The translations under genes and the position numbers were made by a program. From the NCBI GenBank assembly GCA_013239625.1, contig MU053758.1, positions 186,001-250,000 on the forward strand: a stretch of DNA of 64,000 bases, written 5' to 3'. This document shows, one piece after another, positions 11,743-24,770 of the stretch; within the stretch, counting starts at the first letter, position 1; every line of letters begins with the position of its first letter. Under the pieces are notes generated by a model. The model was not told where the DNA came from, ran no database searches, and saw only the letters and a list, made by a program, of their open reading frames with translations. This DNA comes from Lama guanicoe. Taxonomy: Eukaryota.

Positions 11743-14700
11743 ATTTTATTTATTTATTTATTTCATTGAGTTATAGTCAGCTTACAATGTTGTGTCAGTT
11801 TCTGGTGTACAGCACAATTTTTCAGTCACAATGAACACACGTATACTCATTTTCATATTCTTTTTCATCATGAGCTACTACAAGATCTTGACTATATTTC
11901 CCTGTGCTATACAGTATAAATTTGTTTATCTTTTCTATATGTACCTTTCAGTATCTACAAATCTCGGACTCCCAATCTGTCCCTTCCCACCCGGCTCCCT
12001 CCTGGCAACCAAAAGTTTGTATTCTATGTCTGTGAGTCTGTTTCTGTTTTATATTTAAGTTCATTTTGTCTTCTTTTTCTTTTTTAGATTCCACATATGA
12101 GCGATATCATATGGTATTTTTCTTTCTCTTTCTGGCTTACCTCACTTAGAATGACATTTTCCAGGTCCATCCATGTTGCTGCAAATGGCATTACATTGTC
12201 ATTTTTAATACTGAATAGTATTCCATTGTATAAATATACCACATCTTCTTTATCCAGTCATCTGTCGATGGACATTTAGGTTTTTTCCATGTCTTGTCTA
12301 TTGTAAATAGTGCTGCTATGAACATTGGGGTGCAGGTGTCTTTTTGAATTAGGGTTCCTTCTGGATATATGCCCAGGAGTGGGATTGCTGGGTCACATGG
12401 TAAGTCTATTTTTACTTTTTTCAGGAATCTCCATACTGTTTCCCACCATGGCTGCACCAAACTACATTCCCACCAGCAGTGTAGGAGGGTTCCCTTTTCT
12501 CCACATCCTCTCCAGCATTCATTGTTTGTGGACTTTTGAATGATGGCCATTCTGACTGTTGTGAGGTGTCACTATAGTTTTGATTTGCATTTCTCTGATA
12601 ATTAGTGATATTGGGCATTTTTTCATGTGCCTATTGGTCATTCATATGTCTTCATTGGAGAATTGCTTGTTTAAGTTTTCTGCTTAATTTTGGATTGGGT
12701 TGTTTGGGTTTTTTCTTAGTATGTTGTATGAGCTGTTTATCTATCCTGGAGATCAAGCCTTTGTCAGTTTCATCTTTTGCAAATATTTTCTCCCATTCTG
12801 TAGGTTGTTGTTTTGTTTCGCTTATGGTTTCCTTTGCTGTGCAAAAGCTTGTAAGTTTAATTAGGTCCCATTTGTTTATTTTTGCTTTTATTTCTATTTC
12901 TTGGGTAGACTGCCCCAGGAGAATATTCCTGAGATGTATGTGATATAATGTTTTGCCTATGTTTTCTTCTAGGAGGTTTACTGTGTCTTGTCTTATGTTT
13001 AAGTCTTTAAGCCATTTTAAGTTTACTTTTCTGTACGGTGTGAGGGAGTATTCTAACTTCATTGATTTACATGCTACTGTCCAGTTTTCCCAGCACCATT
13101 TACTGAAGAGACTGTCTTTATTTCATTGTATGTTCTTGCCTCCTTTGTCAAAGAGTAATTGACCAAAAGTTTGTGGTTTCATTTCTGGGCTCTCTATTCT
13201 GTTCCATTGATCCATATGTCTGTTTTTGAACAATACCATGCTGTTTTGATTACTGTAACTCTGTAGTATTGTCTGAAGTCTGGAAGGGTTATTCCTCCAG
13301 CCTCATCCTTTTTCTTCAGTAATGCTTTGGCAATTCTGGGTATTTTGTGATTCCATATAAGTTTTATTATGATTTGCTCTAGTTCTGTGAAATATGTCCT
13401 GGGTAATTTGATAGGGATTGTATTAAATCTGTAGATTGCTTTGGGTAGTATGACCATTTTAACAATATTGATTCTTCCAGTCCAGAAGCATGGGATATCT
13501 TTCAATTTTTTAAAATCTTCTTTAATTTCCTTAATCAATGTTTTGTAGTTCTCTGTGTATAAGTCTTTCACCTCCTTGGTTAGATTTATTCCTAGGTATT
13601 TTATCACTTTGGGTGCTAATTTAAAAGGGATTGTTTCTTTACTTTCTTTTCCTGTTGATTCATCATAAGCATAAAGGAATGCAACTGATTTTTTTACATT
13701 AATCTTGTATCCTGCTACCTTGCTGAATTATTTTATTAGTTCTAGTAGTTTTTGTGTGGCTTTCAGGGTTTCTTATATAGTATCATGTCATTTGCATATA
13801 GTGACAATTTTACCTCTTCTTTTCCAATTTGGATCCCTTTTATTTCTTTTTCTTGCCTGATTGCTGTGGCTAATACTTCCAAGACTATGTTGAATAGGAG
13901 TGATGAGAGTGGGCAACCTTGTCTTGTCCCAGATTTTAGTGGGAAGGTTTTCAGTTTTTCGCCATTGAGTACTATGCTGGCTGTAGGTTTGCCATAAATA
14001 ACTTTTATTATGTTCAGGTATGTTCCCTCTACACCCACTTTGGTGAGAGTTTTTTTTTTTATCATAAATGGGTGTTGAATTTTATCAAATGCTTTTTCTG
14101 CATCTATTGAGATGATCATGTGGTTTTTGCCCTTTCTGTTGTTGATGTGATGTATTACATTGATTGATTGGCATATGTTGAACCATTGTTGTGTCCCTGG
14201 GATGAACCCCACTTGATCATGATGTATGATCTTTTTTACGTGCTGTTGGATTCGGTTTGCTAATATTTTGTTGTGGATTTTGCACCTATGTTCATCAGTA
14301 ATATAGGTCTTTAATTTTCTTTTTTGGTAGTGTCTTTGTCTGGTTTTGGTATCAGGGTGATGGAGGCTTCAAAGAATGAGTTTGGGAGTACTCCTTCCTT
14401 TTCAATCTTCTGGAAGAGTTTGAGAAGGATCAGTATCTTTGTATCTTTGGTAGAATTCCCCAGTGAAGCCATCCCGTCCTGGACTTTTATTTGTAGGGAT
14501 TTTTTTTATTGCTAATTCAATTTCATTTCTAGTGATTGATTTGCTCAAGTGGTCAGTTTCTTCTTGATTCAGTCTTGGTGGATTGTATGTTTCCAGAAGC
14601 ATGTCCATTTCTTCTAGGTTATCCATTTTGTTTCCATATAGTTGTTCATAGTATTCTCATATGATATTTTGTATTTCTGTGGTATTGATTGTAATTTCTC

Positions 14701-16440
14701 CATTTTTCCCTTCTTATTTTGTTTATTTGCACTCTCTCTTTTCTCGTCTTCAAGAGCTTGGCACAGAGGTTTGTTTGTTTACTCTTTCAAAAAACCAGCT
14801 CTTGGTTTGATTGATTTTTTTCTGTTGTTTTTTTAATCTCTATTTTATTTATTTCCTCCCTCATCTTTATTATTTCCTTCCCTCTGCTGACTTTTAGTTT
14901 TTTTGTTGTTCTTCTTCTTTTCAAATTCTTTTAGCTGGGATGTTAGATTGTTTATGTGAGATTGTTCTTTTTTGAGGAAGGCCTGTATCACTATAAACTT
15001 CCCTCTTATCACTGCCTTTGCTGCATCCCACAGATTCTGTGTAGTTGTGTTTTCATTGTTATTTGTCTCAAAGTGTTTTTTAACTTCTTTGATTTCATTA
15101 TTGACCCATTGGTTTTTTGAGTGGCATGTTGTTTAATCTCCATGCTGTCATTTTTTTCTCCTTTGTTTTTCTGTAGTTGATTTCTAATTTCATGGCATTG
15201 TAGAAAAGATGCTTGAAATAATTCTCTCCTCTTAAAATTGTTGAGGCTTCTTTTTTGCCCGAATACATGGATCTATCCTAGAAAATGTTCCATGTGCACT
15301 TGAAAAGAATGGATATTCTATTTTGGGGGGGATGTAAAGTTCTGAAAATACCAACCAAGTGTAGTTATTCTATTGTATCATTTAATTTCTCTGTTGCCTT
15401 GTTTATTTTCTGTCTGGAAGATCTGTCCAATAATGTTAATGGGGTGTTAAAATCTCCTACAATGATTGTATTCCCATCAATTTCTCCCTTTATATCTGTT
15501 AGTATCTGTTTTATGTATTTAGGTGCTCCTATATTGGCTGCATATATGTTAATGAGTGTAATATCCTCATCTTGTATTACTCCTTTAATCATTATAAAAT
15601 GTCCTTCTTTATCTTTCTTTATGAGCTTTGTTTTAAAGTCTATTTTGTCTGAAATTAGTATTGCTACACCTGCTTTCTTGTCATTTCCACTTGTGTGGAA
15701 TATCTTTTACCATCCTGTCACTCTCAACCTATGTATGTCCTTCTCCCTAAAGTGGGTCTCTTATATGCAGCATAGAGTAGGTTCTTGTTTTATTATCCAG
15801 TCTGCTGCTCTATGTCTTTTGACTGGAGAATTTAGTCTATTGACATTTAGTTTTGCAGTTGATTTAGTATTTTCTCTTTGTTCCTTCCTTTTTCTTTTTA
15901 TGGTTTGATAATTTTCCTTTTTATTATCTTGGGGTTGTTTTTGGTTTGGTTTTTTTTTTTTAGTTTTTGTGACTCTATGGTAAGTTTTTGGCTTGTTACA
16001 CTGATTTGTACATACATTAATCCATTACTATAACTGTTTGTTTTAAACAGACAGTAATATAAGCTCAAACCCATCCTACCAAGAACAAAAAATTTTTGAA
16101 AGAAAAAACTCTATATTTTCTTGCTCCCCTCTCCCACCCTTAATGATTTAGATATCCTCTTTTACAATTTCATGTTTATTCTGTTGTAATTCATGGTAGT
16201 TATTGCCTTTCCAATTATGGCTTTCTCCTTTCTGTAGCATCCTGCTTCTTTTCTATTTAGAGTAGACCTTTCAATATTTCTTTCAGCATAGGTTTAGTGT
16301 TGCTAAATTCTTTTAGTTTTTGCTTGTCTGTGAAGTTCTTTATCTCTCCTTCTATTCTAAAGGATAGCCTTCCTGGATAAATTATCCTAGGTTGCATCTT
16401 TTTTTTCATTCAGAACTTTGAATATATCTTGCCACTCCCT
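11743..16440 (-). mobile_element. LINE-1, 5'-truncated (~4.7 kb: ORF1 end, ORF2, 3' UTR), disrupted
   Basis: Several ORF2 endonuclease, RT and C-terminal fragments appear in the ORF track. A 19-bp TSD CAGAAGAAATTTGTTTTTT lies at 11724-11742 and 16441-16459. Confidence 0.95.
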
Positions 16441-16534
16441 CAGAAGAAATTTGTTTTTTAAAAGCCCATTGTTAAGCATTTACCACCACTGTTCAACACT
16501 TCTCCCCTCAACATATATAAATCCACAGGTAATA

Positions 16535-16665
16535 GGGAGGGGATAGCTCAGTGGTAGAGGGCCTGCCTAGCATGTGTGAGGTCCTGGGTTCAATCCCCAG
16601 TGCCTCCACCAAAATAAATGAATAAACTTAATTACCTACCCCCCAAAATAAATAAATAAAATAAA
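16535..16665 (+). mobile_element. tRNA-derived SINE (camelid-type)
   Basis: GGGAGGGGATAGCTCAGTGGTAGAG...GGTCCTGGGTTCAATCCCCAG followed by an A-rich tail. Confidence 0.85.
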
Positions 16666-19600
16666 TACAGACACACTCATACTCACAAACATCCACTCCT
16701 CTTTTAAAAACACAAACATAATACACTGTACAAACTTTCTGCACCTTGCTTTTTTTGACTCAATAAATAATAGAGCTCTTTCCCCATCAGTGTGTCTAGA
16801 GCTACTTCATTCTTTTTAATGCCTGAAGTGTCCTCCAAATTGCTTCTCTTCCCTCAAGAAGTGAGCCACATCCAGAGCTCTGCTCAGAGTCACACATCAC
16901 CCCATGCTTCTTATTCATTCATTTCTTGACTGCCCAGCTCTGTGCTAAACTGAGGATGAAGAGATCATTTAAGTTCCTTTCCTGGAAGGGAAGGCAGAGA
17001 ACCCATAGCCAGATCCCAACAACTAGAACACAAGGTCATCTGTTCAGGAACAGAGGTGAGATCAGCTCTGAATGCCACCTTTTTTTTTTTTAATTACTGA
17101 AGTATAGTCAGTTTACAATGTTGTGTCAATTTCTGGGGTACAGCATAATAGTTCAGTCACACATGTACATACATATATTCATTTTCATATTCTTTTTCAT
17201 TATAGATTACTACAAGATATTGAGTATAGTTCCCTGTGCTCTGCAGTATAAACTTGTTTATCACCACCTTCTTCTTAAATGTTCCTTTTTCAGTTCTCAG
17301 AGCTGGAAGCTGCTTTCCTTCCCAGGGCCTGCCACATCACTGCCTCTGACTGCCATATTACGGCATTGACCTTGAAACTGAACTCTTGAGGTCCACACAA
17401 TTTTATGAAAACACTCCAGAGGCCAGACTGCCCATGTTCACTCAACACTGGGTCCCACAATCAGATGCTGGAGGGACATGGATGAGGGGCATGGACACTT
17501 GACCCAAGGACTGGACCCCCTCGATTACACTGTAAGCTCACTGAGAGAGGGTCTCAGTCAGAGTCATCTTTGTACCTAACTCAGTGCCTTGCTCAAAGCA
17601 GATGTTTGGTGTTTCATCATCTTAACTGAGAAAGATTTGAGCTAAGAGTCTCCTCCTTCAGCTACTTACTTCTTTACTGACCTGAGACCCAGTTCACATC
17701 AGTTATTAGTACTGGGCTCTGTTTTTGCGATATCCATATTGCTGGGTCTAATCCCAAGAGACCTGGGCATTTCCACGGGTGAAGGAGGGGCAGGTGAGAA
17801 CACAGCCAGTTCCTCGGCCTTCCTTGTTTGGAGTCAGTTCCTTCTTGTAATTCCCTCTGCCCAGCTCCCTCCACACCAGTTCCCCCTCCCAACTTAGCCC
17901 TCCCTGTTCCCAACTCACCCACCCCCATCTCTTCAAAGCTCCTTCCCTCCTCCCCCTCCTCCACCAGGCACCTCTTTCCATGGATGCACCTGAGGCGGTT
18001 CCTGCTGGGACTTCCTCTCTGCCATCCAACGACACCAGGATGGAGGCAGAGCCATATTTCCACATAAACGTGCCCCTGTGTTTCCCCTCACATCGTCCAC
18101 TTATTTCACAGATGCCTGTTGATTCCTACTCTGTGCCAAGTGCCTCAAATCCCCGACCTTACAGACAGTAGCAAAGGGAGACGGGCAGACAAACAGCACA
18201 GACCATCCTGGCAGGAAGCAGGCAGAGGGTGTTACAGGGGCACAGGGCCAGGGCACAGGTTCTGCTTGGTGTAGGAGCTTATCATATCATATGTTCGCTT
18301 ATATACCTTTCCTATCTATCTCCTCTAATTGCCTACAACCTCACTGAGGCTGTAAAGCCCTTTTGTGGATCAACACATTAATTGTCACAACCACCCTGGT
18401 CCTATTATTATCCCCATTATACTGAGGTGGTTAGGCAGCTTGCCCGAGATCGCCCAGCTGAGACGTGGAGGATGCCACCCATCTGTTACCCTTGGCAGCA
18501 CTGTTACCTACTGAGCCCTGCGCGCCTGGCACAGCCACGTGGGGCAAGGACCACCTGCATATTACACTGGCTTCCTGACCTCCAACACTCCCTCCTGCTG
18601 GGGTTCCCTCTCCTGGGGGGGTCTTCCATTTGGATGGAGTCTGGGGGAGTGGCTGATTCCCACAGTCAAACCTGGAGGGGTCCGACTCTCGTTCCCTTCC
18701 TTGATTCACGACTTAGGCTCAGTCAACTGAATAGTTAGGCAGTGACCCGGGGGCGGTTCATCAAAGAGGTGCAGACAGCAGAAGGAAGGTGTCCCTTCAC
18801 CTGGCTATGCAGCAGGGCTCCCTGCCTCCCCGATACCTTCCCTCCAGTTTAATGTCCACAGAAAAGCCAGAGGAATATTTTATATTATATGAAATCTAAG
18901 ATATTATGCAAAAGTATCTCAGAAAATAACTTGCCATCTTAAAAATCTGTTCCATTCTTTGCAATATCCAGAAAGCAAAATGCACACACCTCCTGTCAGC
19001 TTAGCATGGCCAAAACGACTGGTCACCACCCTCTCCCCTCAATGAGCTAGGCTCCCATATCCTTGGCTGGCTTTCTTGTCAGGCAGCCACCAGGAAAGGC
19101 CCACCCTGGTGCCGGGCCCTGTGTTAATTCTTCTGCTGGGATGCCCTTTTACAGGGGATTATGATAGACTCCTGCTTGAGACACAAATAAGAGTTCAAGG
19201 TCACCTTCTTTCATGGTCTCATTAAATTTGATGCCATCGGGTATCTTTCTACCACAATATTTTAATTTACCTCTCTGCATAGCACTCATAGCCATCTACT
19301 ATTTAGGTGATTTATGTAGTTCTTAATGTATTATGCCTTGCCTATGAAGAACTGTAAGTATGATCATAATAAACCTCAACAATAACAGCAGGTAATATTT
19401 TTTGCCGCGCTCCTGTATGTCAGGGCCTTTATGAGTTACTAGCTCTTTGTATATTAACACAACGCTCCTTACGAGCCTGTGAAGGAGGCGTCTCTATGAC
19501 GGTTTTCCATATGAAAATACTGAAGTACCATGAGGTTAAGTAACTTGCCATCCAGTCTATTCCAGAGTTCAAGCCCTTAATCACAATGCTATGATTTATT

Positions 19601-19768
19601 ATAGCATGCTTTTCACTGTGACTCATAAATGATTGCTGGGGGAGAAAAAGAGGGGAGAAGTTCTGCCCAACCATTCTGTGCTCCCTTGGTCCTTGATTTC
19701 CTTGCCTGGTCACCCTAGCCCTATAGATGTGGGGAGGTCCCAACATCCTTCCCACAAATTCCCTCTTG

Positions 19769-20028
19769 TATTGTTTATTAGGGGGAGGTAATTAGGCTTA
19801 TTCTTGATTTCCACTTGGAGGAGACACTGGGGGTTGAACCCAGGACCTCGGGTGCTGAGCACGCGCTCTACCACTTGAGCTATACCCTTCCCCCCATTTA
19901 CTTACTTGTCATTGGGTTTATTTATTTGTTTATTTTTTAATGGAGGTACTGGGGAGGTACTGGGGATTGAACCCAGGACCTCATGTGTGCTAAGCGAGTG
20001 CTCTACCACTGAGCTATAACCTCCCCCT
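19769..20028 (-). mobile_element. Two tandem tRNA-derived SINE units within a single TSD
   Basis: Two heads with A/B boxes (TAGCTCAGTGG...GGTTCAA). A 21-bp TSD with 2 mismatches lies at 19748-19768 and 20029-20049. Confidence 0.8.
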
Positions 20029-20489
20029 CTTCCCAAAAACTCCCTCTTGATATAACCAGCCAGAATCAATTTCTGCTCTCTTCAACCAACAATCCTGATC
20101 AACATACCCCAAAGGCTTAACTCTGGGCTTTGCCCAGAACAGAGGGACAGTACGTCTTCAACATGTAAATGAATGAGAGAGTTCAAAGCTACATGCTTTG
20201 ACTAGCAGGGGGCATCACCAACACCACACTGATGTCTCAAACTTCATTCCCTTGCTCTTTCTTTCTGAGGAAATGCTTTCGATATGCCAAGTTTTAGAAA
20301 TCTGAACACAACATTGTAAAATGACTATAACTCAATAAAAAAAATGTTTAAAAATTAAATAAGTTAATTAAAAAAAAAAGAAATCTGCAGGTAGGGACTA
20401 TTTCCTCAGTTGTCTTTACCTGGTATATTCCTAAGAGTTCCTTCCAGGGAGCCCTGCAAGAGAGGAAGAACCCTCACCAGCTGCATTAC

Positions 20490-20627
20490 CTCCTCTGAAA
20501 GTGTTCAAACTCCGCCTGTCTCCTCATTTTCACGGCAGGGAGGTCCCTCTGGCTGTAAGCATTCTCAAAGACATAGTGTTCCTGCTGTCTGGAGGCTTCA
20601 CAGTGGCACTGGTTTTTCGGGAACAGC
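20490..20627 (-). CDS. B4GALNT2: B4GALNT2 exon 3
   Basis: ttgttttag|G CTG TTC...CAG AGG AG|gtaatg; 138 nt; encodes LFPKNQCHCEASRQQEHYVFENAYSQRDLPAVKMRRQAEFEHFQRR. Confidence 0.95.
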
Positions 20628-20929
20628 CTAAAACAAGATGAGGACTATGAACACAGACTGAGGGGGCTGGTGGGTGGGGGGAGCCTGAAGCCTAATCCAG
20701 TGTGTCATTCCCCCATCTGGGTTGGGCTGAGACCCTGAAATCCCAGCAGGGCTGCCCCCGAAGCCAGAGGGAGAGGGAGGAAGGGAAAAGGGCAAGAAGG
20801 CTCCCCACTCTTGAATCATCCCCTGCACCGAGCTTCTTTAATAAACTTGAATCACAAATGTCAGTGGCATCTCACTCTCACTCACCAGAAGAGGCCAGAG
20901 GGACAGGAAGGCAGTATCTTTCCTGTAGT

Positions 20930-21070
20930 TTTTTTTTTGTTTGGGGGTACGGGGAGGAGGTAATTAGGTTTGTCTATTTTTTAAAAAGTCTTTAATGGAG
21001 GTGCTGGGAATTGAACCCAGGACCTCAGGCATGGTAAGCACTCACTCTACCGCTGAGCTATGCCCTCCCC
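20930..21070 (-). mobile_element. tRNA-derived SINE in intron 2
   Basis: Reverse complement of the same SINE family. Confidence 0.85.
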
Positions 21071-21321
21071 GCTTTCCCGTAGCTTTAGTTAAACAAGCCC
21101 TCCACAGGTGCAGGGACCTTGCTGGGTGCTGTATGGAACAGCAGCATTTGCACTGTGCAGACTGAGCCCTTTTCTGGCCCCACAGCTTGGAATCGCTTTC
21201 GCAATCAGCACAGGTGCAGGGAGGTCGGGAACTGGCTGTAAAGTGGGTACACCTGGACATTGTAAACCATGGGAGGAGCAAGGGAGGTGTCAGACCAAGG
21301 TGCAATAACTTGCTGTCTCAC

Positions 21322-21522
21322 CAGATTCCATCATAGGTGAAGAGGCTCCTGACACGTTCCTCGGGTAGAAGCTTCGGCATCTGGACAGCCGGAGCAGGGT
21401 GAGGGAGCTCGGGTTTGAGGTTACTGATCTTTGGATAAAGGTACACACTTTCGAGTACGAACAACACCATGCACAGGGCCAAGAGTAAGACCAACATCTT
21501 GAGCAACCACAGGCATCTAGGG
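21322..21522 (-). CDS. B4GALNT2: B4GALNT2 exon 2 (cytoplasmic tail, transmembrane anchor, stem)
   Basis: cccaacag|C CCT AGA...GGA ATC TG|gtgaga; 201 nt; encodes PRCLWLLKMLVLLLALCMVLFVLESVYLYPKISNLKPELPHPAPAVQMPKLLPEERVRSLFTYDGIW. Confidence 0.95.
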
Positions 21523-22482
21523 CTGTTGGGACACAAAAGAGCAAATTCCACTGAAATCTCTTTGTTGATTACGTAAAAAAAAAAAAAAAGACTTGATCAT
21601 GTAATATACACAGGAAGAGTAACTTGAGGAAAAATGTAAGTAAAACCTGTATCTTATACAACTTATGGAAATTGATTTCTGATAAACAGAGGAGTAAAGA
21701 ATTAAGTCGCAACAAAGAGACTCAGAAAAATCACAAGTAAAAGAATGGGCCAAAACACCCCAAGGTGGGGCAGGGGGAGAGTAAGGCTTGCAATATTAAT
21801 GTCAGCATTGTTGAATTCAGGGGAAAAAAAAAACTGATTAAATGGGACCAAAAGGATCACTTATAAGGATCAGATGCATGATCCACAAAACAGAGGTAGT
21901 GGTCATGAACTTTATCCACTAAATAGCATTAAGGTACACATAGCAAGAAATGGCAGGAGAAGGAATGAGAAGGAGTTTAACATTCTCACATCTAGCATTC
22001 TAACGTCTCAGTCCTTCACAGGTCAAGTCTCAAAAATATATAAAGCAGTATGTTTGCAACTAAATTACAGAACTCCTATTCTGTTAAAGAGCTTTTAGAA
22101 TAGTCACGAAAATTGGCCACATATTTGAACACAAAGGAAACTATAACAGAGTGGAAATCGTTCAGATCATACACTCTGACAGTGCAATCAAAATGTAACC
22201 TCATAATAAGCCCCCTCTCCCAACAACGTGGAAAACTTTTTTTTTTAACTTTCCAAAGCAGCTCTTTGAATCAAGGACAACATCAGAACAAGAACATAAA
22301 AATAATAAAGACACTGTAGCCCCAAATTGTGAAACACACTACAGCTCTACTGAGTGGAAAATTTGAAGCTTTAAATATAAATTTCTGATCATAAGATATA
22401 AGATAAATTAAGCCATAAAATAAAAGGTTTGGAAAGCGGACAGCAAAAGTAACCTAAGTAAAACAGAAACAAGAACTTAATG

Positions 22483-22618
22483 CAGGGGAGGGTATAGCTC
22501 AAGCAGTAGAGCACCTACTTAGCATGCTCGAGGTCCTGGGTTCAATCCCCAGCATCTCCATTATAAATAAATAAATAAACCTAATTACCTCCCTCCTCAC
22601 CCCACTCCACCCCCCAAA
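22483..22618 (+). mobile_element. tRNA-derived SINE
   Basis: Family consensus; TSD AAGAACTT(A/G)ATG at 22471-22482 and 22619-22630. Confidence 0.88.
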
Positions 22619-23377
22619 AAGAACTTGATGAAAATAAAAAGTGGTGAATGAGGGAAAAACCTAAAACAGAACAACTGTGAAATCTAAGCACTACTTGAGT
22701 AGATAACTTTTGAGATATCTGATCAGTTCATCCCCTCCTGACTCTAAGACTTGTCTTCTGACCCACAGAGGTGACATCTACCTGTCTGGCTGGCATCACA
22801 TGATGCTCCTCTGGGCATGGCTGATTGGACCATGATTGGCCCAGCTCAGTCGAGGTGTCTGCCCTTGGTCCAACCAGACACCTCGTCTGAGCTGGGCCAA
22901 TCAACCAGAACTTCTTCCACAGGAATCAAGGAGCAGAGATATTGATCAGCTTATTCTGGTCCCCTGAACTAAGAAGAGAAGGGAGGAAAGAAGGGGGAGA
23001 AGACAGAAGAAGGTGAGAGAGACAAAGAGAATCCTAGATCTTGAACACCTAGATAGGAGGGATGACTTTCTAGAAAAACACAAGGGACCCAGACTTGTAA
23101 AAGTGAAAAAAAATTAAGGACGTTGTCAAGGCCTATGTATGCAACAAAGTCCCAAATCTATGTTTCACAAGTAAACAATTTCAGCCTGGTTTATAAAAAC
23201 AGCTAAACTGTGATGCAAATATAAGAATTGTGATGCAGATAAATATAGAACTGAGGAATATAGATATAAATATGCTAAACAAATATTAGCAAATAGAATA
23301 CAGTGGTATCTTAAATGAACGACTGACCCTTAACAAATGGAGTTCTTCCTAAAAGTGCAAGGATGACTCAATATTAT

Positions 23378-23874
23378 TGTGTGGCTGAACCATACTGACT
23401 CCATTTTTTTTCAGCTCATCTTAGGCCCACAGTCCTACCTGCTCCCTTTTCTGTGCAACGGAGCTTCAGCCTACTCATGGGGAATGTGACCAAACCACAT
23501 AGGTTACCTATCAACTCTTACCCTGCCTTCACCTCATGTGAAAACTGGAAGAATGTTTTTCACTGACACAGATGGTTAATGGTCATGAGACCCCCCCAAG
23601 GGGAGGGCAAAAAACCTGGTTCCTATAGGTATGGACATGCTTCAGTTTCTATTTTGTAGCTTTGACCCCTTTAAACCGCCCCAGCCAACCTCTTTCAGCA
23701 CCACTGGGTGCAGCTGCAAATGCCTCTGATCGCTGTCTGCCAGACCCTGCCAGTATGTAAGTTACCCACAATAAACTTCATAATTGCACTTTATGGAGTT
23801 GCCCACTCCGTTTTTCAGCCTCAAATTTCTTTCTCTGTTGGGAGGACATTATTCAGTGTCTCCACCTCCCAACA
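23378..23874 (+). mobile_element. Solo LTR inserted in an old L1 ORF2 remnant
   Basis: TG...CA termini, a 5-bp TSD ATTAT (23373-23377, 23875-23879) and AATAAA at ~23770. The flanks rejoin as degenerate L1 RT sequence. Confidence 0.8.
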
Positions 23875-24661
23875 ATTATGCAATTTATTAATAAATTTCA
23901 CCAAGTGAAAATTCAGGTCAGGAGAAAACCCAATATGATTATATTGACAGATGATTTTAAAAGCATTTAATAAAATTCTTAATTTGTTAAACATCCTTCA
24001 TTTAAGAAAGATCCCCTTGAGTTGGGGGAGGGATAGATTAGGAGTTTGGGATTAACAAATACACGTTACTGTATATAAAATAGATAAGCAACAAGGACCT
24101 GCTGTATAGCACAGAGAACTATGTTCAATTTCTTGTAATGAGCTGCAATGGAAAAGAATCTGAAATATATATGTATATGTATGTATATGTATAACTGAAT
24201 CGCTTTGCTCTATACCTGAAACTAACATTGTTAATTGACTACACTTCAATAAAAAATAAGAATCAAAAAAAAGAAAGGACCCCTTGAACAATGTGGGTTT
24301 GAACTGCTTGGGTCCATTTAGATGTGAATATTTTTTCAATAAATTATTGGAAAAAAAATTTTTAAAAGAAAGAACCTAGAAGAAATGATGTCACACTAAC
24401 GATTATGAGCACACCTAACAGCTAGAGCTTGGTTTCCAAACAATATTCCCCTCTAAAGAAAATCCAAGCCCCTTGGAGAAATGGCTGGTTCTGGGTTTGG
24501 GGTAAGGAAAATTCAGAGTGACTCTGGAATATCCTGTAATGCCAGAGAGGAAGGAAGCTATCTAAGAAGACCACACTTATGTCCAAAGAAAGAAGAGCTA
24601 GTTTAAAGGGTCTTCCACCAGCCATATTTGGGACAATTGAAGCTTCAGTAAGAACAGTGGT

Positions 24662-24770
24662 GGGGGGAGGGTACAGCTCAGTGGTAGAGTGCTTGCTTGG
24701 CATGCATGAGGTCCTGGGTTCAATCCCCAGCACCTCCATTAAAAATAAATACATAAATTTTTTAAAGAAA
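24662..24770 (+). mobile_element. tRNA-derived SINE
   Basis: Family consensus with an A-rich tail. Confidence 0.85.
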
